Source: Acidimicrobiales bacterium
Lineage (GTDB): Bacteria > Actinomycetota > Acidimicrobiia > Acidimicrobiales > SHLQ01
DNA: 64,000 nucleotides
Direction: 5' to 3'
Assembly: GCA_965216815.1 (NCBI GenBank)
Contig: OZ244202.1
Location: 872,963 to 936,962, forward strand
Positions 58,898 through 64,000 of this stretch are shown here, piece after piece; the stretch's first letter is position 1; each line of letters begins with the position of its first letter. The notes below the pieces were generated by a model. The model was not told where the DNA came from. It saw only the letters and a list, made by a program, of their open reading frames with translations, and made no database searches. Made by a program: the position numbers and the translations under genes.

Positions 58898-59845
58898 TCA
58901 GGTTCGGAGCGTGGCGGCGTCCTGTTCGAGAAACCACCGATAGGTGAGCTCCAGTCCTTCGCGCAGACCGTGTTTGGGTTCCCAACCGAGGGCGTTGAGC
59001 TTGGACGTCTCGAGTACCTTGCGGGGCATACCGTCTGGCTTCGATCTGTCGAAGACGATCTCGGCCGACGGGTGGATGATTTCGGCGAGGGTCTCGGCGA
59101 GCTCGGCGATGGGGAGATCGACGCCGGTACCTACGTTGATGTGTTCGGAGTCGCTGTAGTTGTCCATGAGAAACACGCACGCATCGGCGAGGTCGTCGAC
59201 GTAGAGGAATTCCCTCATCGGGCTGCCCGTGCCCCATACCTCAACCTTGGGTTCGCCTTTGATCCTCGCCTCGTGGAACTTGCGCATCAGAGCGGGTAGG
59301 ACGTGTGACGACTCGAGGTCGAAGTTGTCGCCGGGACCGTAAAGGTTCGTCGGCATCGCCGAGATGAAGTTGGAGCCGTACTGGTCGCGGTAGGACTGGC
59401 AGAGTTTGATACCGGCGATCTTGGCCAGTGCGTAGGACTCGTTGGTCGGCTCTAGCGGACCGGTGAGAAGCTGGTCTTCGGTGATCGGCTGTGATGCATG
59501 GCGCGGGTAGATGCACGAGCTGCCGAGATAGAGCAACTTGTCGACTCCGGTCTGGTGGCTCGCATGCACGACCGTGCCGTGGATCATCATGTTGTCGTAC
59601 AGGAACTCGGCCGGGCGCGTGCTGTTGGCCAGGATGCCTCCGACGGTGCCAGCGACGAGGTACACGAAGTCGGGTCGATTTGCATCGAACCAGCGGTTGA
59701 CGGCCGCCTGGTCTCGCAGGTCGAGCTCGTCGCGTGTCGCGGTGAGTATGTTGCCGTAGCCGGCCTCGGACAGGCGCCGCAGAATGGCGGAACCCACGAG
59801 ACCCCGGTGCCCCGCCACGAAGATGCGTGCATCGGTTGGAACCAT
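58898..59845 (-). CDS. fcl: GDP-L-fucose synthase
   Basis: GHRGLVGS, LGSSCIYP, YALAK, PTNLYGP, KPDG. Confidence 0.95.
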   Translation of the reverse strand: MVPTDARIFVAGHRGLVGSAILRRLSEAGYGNILTATRDELDLRDQAAVNRWFDANRPDFVYLVAGTVGGILANSTRPAEFLYDNMMIHGTVVHASHQTGVDKLLYLGSSCIYPRHASQPITEDQLLTGPLEPTNESYALAKIAGIKLCQSYRDQYGSNFISAMPTNLYGPGDNFDLESSHVLPALMRKFHEARIKGEPKVEVWGTGSPMREFLYVDDLADACVFLMDNYSDSEHINVGTGVDLPIAELAETLAEIIHPSAEIVFDRSKPDGMPRKVLETSKLNALGWEPKHGLREGLELTYRWFLEQDAATLRT

Positions 59846-59907
59846 GGCCCTGCTTCTCTTTCGAAGATGACGCCGACCATGCTACTGGCGACCCATCGCC
59901 CGTTGGA

Positions 59908-60020
59908 GATTTCTGAACCGTCCGGTGCGGTATATGACACCGCGGGGTTCAGAAATCCCCAGACGCCGGAGATTTCTGAACCGTCCGGTGCGGTATATGA
60001 CACCACGGGGTTCAGAAATC
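59908..60020. repeat. REP-like doublet (2 x 50 bp)
   Basis: Units 59908-59957 and 59971-60020, reverse complement of the 18923-19033 family. Confidence 0.9.
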
Positions 60021-60034
60021 CCCAGCGTGGCGGT

Positions 60035-60868
60035 TCAGTCGGCGGTTGCGACCTCGATGCGGTCCTGTCGCCAGTCCTTGGCCGACTTCAGCGCGGAGGC
60101 GGCCTGCTCGAGCAGCCGGTCTCGATCGAAGGCGTGTGCCGGATAGCAGGCCACTCCGGCCCACATCGTGACGCTCTCGTAGTTGGACGACAGGTGGCGG
60201 CGGATCCGCTCGATCGTCCAGATCGCCCCGTTCTCGGGCGTGTCCTCGAGCAGCAGGGCGAACTTGCCGTCGGCAAGTCGACAGGCGGTGTCGGAGTCGC
60301 GCAGGGTCGCCTTGATCGAGTCGGCCACCGGCTGAGGTTTGGCGGGTGCCGATTCGGGGGTGTCGATCGAGTCGACGAGGTCGAGCAGCACGACCGACAC
60401 CGGTCGAAGATGTCGGCGGGCTGCGGCTATGCGGGTGTGGACCGACACGGTGAAGTAGTGCTCGTTGAAGAGCCCGGTGTCGCCATCGAGAATCGATCCG
60501 TCGGTCGTGACGTCGCGAGCGTTCGTCGACGCCGGCTTCTTCTCTGCTCGAGCGAGTTGATCGCCCAGGCTCGCCGCGGTCTCCTCCGCTGTCATGCGCG
60601 CCTGGACCTGCGTCGCGACGACGTCCTCGAGCTCTTGTGCCTGCAGCCGGCTCGCGGCCAACCGATCCTCGAGTTCGTCGGCTTCGTTCGAGGCCAGGAG
60701 CGCGAGGAGCGCGGCGAGGCCGCCACAGATACCGGCACCTACGCCGATGAACGCAGCATCGGTCACGACGCAAACGACCCCAAGGGTCAGCGAGGCGACT
60801 CCAGCGGCGAGTGGCAACAGACGGGATCGAGGAATCATTGGTGTCTCTGTCGGGTCAAGGGTGGTCAT
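60035..60868 (-). CDS. Membrane GGDEF-domain protein (degenerate active site)
   Basis: Two TMs, coiled coil, DGDTGLFN, LRDSD...RLADGKF in place of GGDEF. Confidence 0.8.
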   Translation of the reverse strand: MTTLDPTETPMIPRSRLLPLAAGVASLTLGVVCVVTDAAFIGVGAGICGGLAALLALLASNEADELEDRLAASRLQAQELEDVVATQVQARMTAEETAASLGDQLARAEKKPASTNARDVTTDGSILDGDTGLFNEHYFTVSVHTRIAAARRHLRPVSVVLLDLVDSIDTPESAPAKPQPVADSIKATLRDSDTACRLADGKFALLLEDTPENGAIWTIERIRRHLSSNYESVTMWAGVACYPAHAFDRDRLLEQAASALKSAKDWRQDRIEVATAD

Positions 60869-63378
60869 GGGACGACGGTGAACGTGGCGTTCGCCTGGTG
60901 GGTTGTCGCGTCGCGAAAGCGCGTCCGCATCGTGATCGTGTGCGCTCCGGGCGCCAGGGTAGAGGTATCGAGTCCGTACTGGGGGCCCTTGCCGAAGTCG
61001 TAGAAGGGCTTGCCCTGGGTGTTGACATGGGCGCCGTCGAGGAAGAACTTGACGTAATTCACCTGTGAGGCATCCCACACCGGGTCCGCGAAGATCCAGA
61101 CCCATCCTCTCAGCTGCTCGCCGTGCAGCGGGCTTCCCGCCGAGTGGTCGTTGGTGCGAGAGACGAGGATCGTCGGGCCGTAGACATCGATCGCGACCGA
61201 AGCGGCTGCCGACGCTTCCGATGGGTCGCGCACCTCATAGTCGACACGTGCAGCGCCGATGAATCCCGACGGTGGGGTGTACACGATCTTGCCATGGTCG
61301 ACCGACGCCTGGCCGGCGGTCACCCCTGTCACATGGAGAGTGATCGGATCGCCGTCTACGTCGCCGTCGTTGGCCCGCGCGTTGATCGTCACAGAGGTGT
61401 TGCGCATCGTCGAGGCCGAGTCGTCGAGAGCGTACGGGGCGTCGTTGCGCGACGACACCGTCAACAACACGTTGGCCGTGTCGTAGGCACCGTGTGGGTC
61501 GGTGACGCGGTAGGTGAGCTGGGTCGTACCCGACCAGTTCGCCGGTGGGTGGTAGGTGAACCCAGCGAACGACGTGTCGACCGACCCGACGTACGGTTGG
61601 TTCTCGACGGTGACCGTGAGGTCTTCGTTCTCGGGATCGCGATCGTTGTCGGTCATAGCGAAATAGGGGATGGCGATCGGTGTGTCCTCGGGGCCGGTGG
61701 CGAAGTCGTCGGCGGCTTCTGGCGCGTCGTTCACCGGCTGCACCGTGATGGCAACAGAACGGTCGACGCAGCTGCTGGGGAGACAAGCCCTGACGTTGAC
61801 GTGGTCGGTTCCGAAGAAGTCTCGATCGGGTGTGTAGATGCTGGTTCCCGCGGTCACGACCGCATCGGGTATCCGGCTGTCGGCGGTGGTCGGTGACGTG
61901 ACGGTGCCGTGGCGGGGTGTGCCCACCGTGGTTAGCGTCGCCGGTGCGTTGGCGCGAGCTTCGAAGACCAGCGAGATCGGGTGGTCTTCTTGTCCGGCGG
62001 CGTCGGTGACCACGAGAGACAAACCGATCGGCGGTGGGTTCGTAGGCGGTGGCGCTGGTGGGGTGGCGGGCACCTGGGGGGACGGCTCGTCGGACTCGGG
62101 AACCGATGAGGGTTGCGTGGTGCTGGGCGACTCGTCGGCGTCGCGTTCTGGCGTCGCGCCGTCGTCGCCGGACGGGTCGATGGTGCTCGTCGTAGTCGGC
62201 TGGACGTCGTCCGGTTCGGCGAATGCCGCGATCGGCGGCGATGCCTCGGCGGCTTCGGTCGGCCCCGTGGGGAGGGTCGGTCCGACGAACGCGCCGAGTG
62301 CGAGCGCACCGGCAGCACCGGCCGCCGATGCGAGCGGCGAGCCCAACGGAGCCAGCGGCGCAGCGATGCCGGGCAGATTCAACAGCCAGGTGAGCGGACC
62401 CATGAGCACGCGGCGCTCCGGAATCGACACGTTGAGAAATGCACGCGCCACCGCCGGGTCGAACTGCGTCCCGGCGCACCGCGCGATCTCCGCTCGGGCT
62501 TCATGATGTGGCACCGGCGCCTTGTAGCTGCGGGTGCTCGTCATCACGTCGAACGCGTCTGCAACGGCGACGATCCGTGCGCCGAGGTGGATGTCGACGC
62601 CCGAGAGGCCCCTGGGGTAGCCGGCACCGTCCCAGCGCTCGTGGTGTTCGCCCACCGCGCGAATCCAATCGCCCAGCCACTCGGCGATCGGTTCTGTGAT
62701 CTTCATGCCCTCGTCGGGATGGATCTTCACGACCTCGTATTCCTCGGCTGTGAGAGTTCCCTTCTTGTTCAGGATCTCCGCGGGCACCGCCAACTTGCCG
62801 ACGTCGTGGAGGAGTGCCGCCCACCGAAGCCGGTTGACGTCGTGTTCCGGTAGCTGCATCTCCGCGGCGATCAGGTCTGTGTAGGCCCGCACGCGTTCGC
62901 AGTGTCCACGGGTGAGGCGATCGTGGCGCGACAGGCTCGCGACCATCTCGAGCATCTGTTCGGCGAATGGCACATCCGGATCATCGATGAATCCGCTCTC
63001 GCGGAACCGCTCGACTCTGCGTTCGAGTTGACGGGTCGTCCCTGTTCGCAGCGCTATGCCGAACCGCGACGGCGCCTCGTGGGGGAAGATCAGGCTCATC
63101 TCCAGCAAGGTCGCGAGCGGCAGCAGTCGTCGCATCAATCGCTCGGTCGCGAGCATGATCGCTGTAGCGGCCGCGACGACAGCTATCCACCAGAACGCCA
63201 GGTTCATGTCATGTGAGTGCGGGGGGAGGTGGCGCGAAGCGAGCCAAGTGAACGTGAACGATGTCGCGATGGGTGCGAGCAACACCAGTCCGCGAACGCC
63301 CAACGCCGTCCGGCGGTGCCTGTCCCAATGCCGCGGCGGTGGGGTTCCGGTAGCGGTTGTCGAGCCACCCGAGTCCAC
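60865..63378 (-). CDS. HD-GYP phosphodiesterase fused to extracellular cadherin/Ig-like repeats
   Basis: HCERV, HDVGK, HHERWDGAGYP, TQFDP; TM; Pro/Thr linker; VNDAPxAxDD and YTP repeats. Confidence 0.88.
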   Translation of the reverse strand: MDSGGSTTATGTPPPRHWDRHRRTALGVRGLVLLAPIATSFTFTWLASRHLPPHSHDMNLAFWWIAVVAAATAIMLATERLMRRLLPLATLLEMSLIFPHEAPSRFGIALRTGTTRQLERRVERFRESGFIDDPDVPFAEQMLEMVASLSRHDRLTRGHCERVRAYTDLIAAEMQLPEHDVNRLRWAALLHDVGKLAVPAEILNKKGTLTAEEYEVVKIHPDEGMKITEPIAEWLGDWIRAVGEHHERWDGAGYPRGLSGVDIHLGARIVAVADAFDVMTSTRSYKAPVPHHEARAEIARCAGTQFDPAVARAFLNVSIPERRVLMGPLTWLLNLPGIAAPLAPLGSPLASAAGAAGALALGAFVGPTLPTGPTEAAEASPPIAAFAEPDDVQPTTTSTIDPSGDDGATPERDADESPSTTQPSSVPESDEPSPQVPATPPAPPPTNPPPIGLSLVVTDAAGQEDHPISLVFEARANAPATLTTVGTPRHGTVTSPTTADSRIPDAVVTAGTSIYTPDRDFFGTDHVNVRACLPSSCVDRSVAITVQPVNDAPEAADDFATGPEDTPIAIPYFAMTDNDRDPENEDLTVTVENQPYVGSVDTSFAGFTYHPPANWSGTTQLTYRVTDPHGAYDTANVLLTVSSRNDAPYALDDSASTMRNTSVTINARANDGDVDGDPITLHVTGVTAGQASVDHGKIVYTPPSGFIGAARVDYEVRDPSEASAAASVAIDVYGPTILVSRTNDHSAGSPLHGEQLRGWVWIFADPVWDASQVNYVKFFLDGAHVNTQGKPFYDFGKGPQYGLDTSTLAPGAHTITMRTRFRDATTHQANATFTVVP

Positions 63379-63479
63379 ACTCTCACATCGGCGCCATCGC
63401 AGTCTTCCTTACGGTTTTCCCGCCTTCTGGACGTCGGAATAGGCCATATGGCCCATGTGGAAATACGGCGAGGCCGGCC

Positions 63480-64000
63480 TCAGCCGAACCGAGCAGGGAC
63501 AGGTCGGTCGATCAGAGATCGGACGCGGCGGACGTACGTGCTTCTCGGAACCTGGGTGGCGCCGAGCGACGCCAGGTGGGGAGTACACCACTGGACGTCG
63601 ATGAGGCCGTCTGAGCCGACGATCTCGCACAACGCAACAAGTGCGACTTTGGAGGCATCTCGGCGGTGGTAGAACTTCGACTCCGCTGCGAATAGTCCCC
63701 CGACGGCGAGCCCGTAGAGACCACCGGCGAGGCCCAGGTCGTCGAACACTTCGATCGAGTGGGCCCAGCCCAGGCGGTGCAGTTCGACGTAGGCGTCGCG
63801 GATGCGGTCGTCGATCCAGCCCAGGGGTCGGCTCGGGTCGGCGCACCCGTCGACGACGTCGTCGAAGCAGGTGTCGACTCGGATCTCGAATCGACGTGTC
63901 GAACGCCGGAGCGAGCGGCTGACGTGGATGTGAGATGGCTCGAGCACACCGCGCGGGTCGGGGCTCCACCAGCCGATTGCCCCACCCTCGTCGATCGGCA
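63480..64000 (-). CDS. aat: Leucyl/phenylalanyl-tRNA-protein transferase (5' end outside the window)
   Basis: WWSPDPR, AHSIE, GGLYG, DASKVA, IDVQ. Confidence 0.92.
   Translation of the reverse strand, partial: PIDEGGAIGWWSPDPRGVLEPSHIHVSRSLRRSTRRFEIRVDTCFDDVVDGCADPSRPLGWIDDRIRDAYVELHRLGWAHSIEVFDDLGLAGGLYGLAVGGLFAAESKFYHRRDASKVALVALCEIVGSDGLIDVQWCTPHLASLGATQVPRSTYVRRVRSLIDRPVPARFG

Overview
High-GC actinobacterial chromosome segment, most like Acidimicrobiia (inferred from gene content). The backbone carries housekeeping genes (prfC, polyprenyl synthase, xseAB, tadA, two tRNA-Ser, SRP RNA, aroK, pabB-pabC fusion, dnaX-ybaB-recR, mce, ligC, carboxylase beta/epsilon, fcl, aat) plus oxygenases, hydrolases and ABC exporters. 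An ~11.6 kb integrative mobilizable element sits in the 3' end of tRNA-Ala(TGC), bounded by identical 46-bp att repeats (3820-3865 and 15425-15470). It encodes a tyrosine integrase, excisionase, MobF relaxase-helicase and a Doc/RHH toxin-antitoxin pair. Its cargo is the most interesting part: an ECF sigma/anti-sigma pair divergent from an operon of an unknown protein, a membrane-anchored CxxC thioredoxin (MauD-like), a Tat-exported 8-Cys/7-Trp small protein, a MauF/CcdA-like membrane protein and a GNAT. The membrane-protein gene has a strong RBS and one in-frame UGA exactly at the S-P-C cysteine position, followed by a SECIS-like hairpin, so it is a candidate recoded (Sec/Cys) protein. Other notable items: a SipW peptidase apparently fused to its own substrate next to a TasA-like gene, stable-RNA-linked repeats, a duplicated SRP RNA 3' end, a CTAG-flanked MITE, a 6C-like sRNA candidate, REP doublets, and an HD-GYP/adhesin fusion. 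At least two single-base homopolymer frameshifts suggest assembly indels. All family assignments come from motif recognition by eye, not from database searches.
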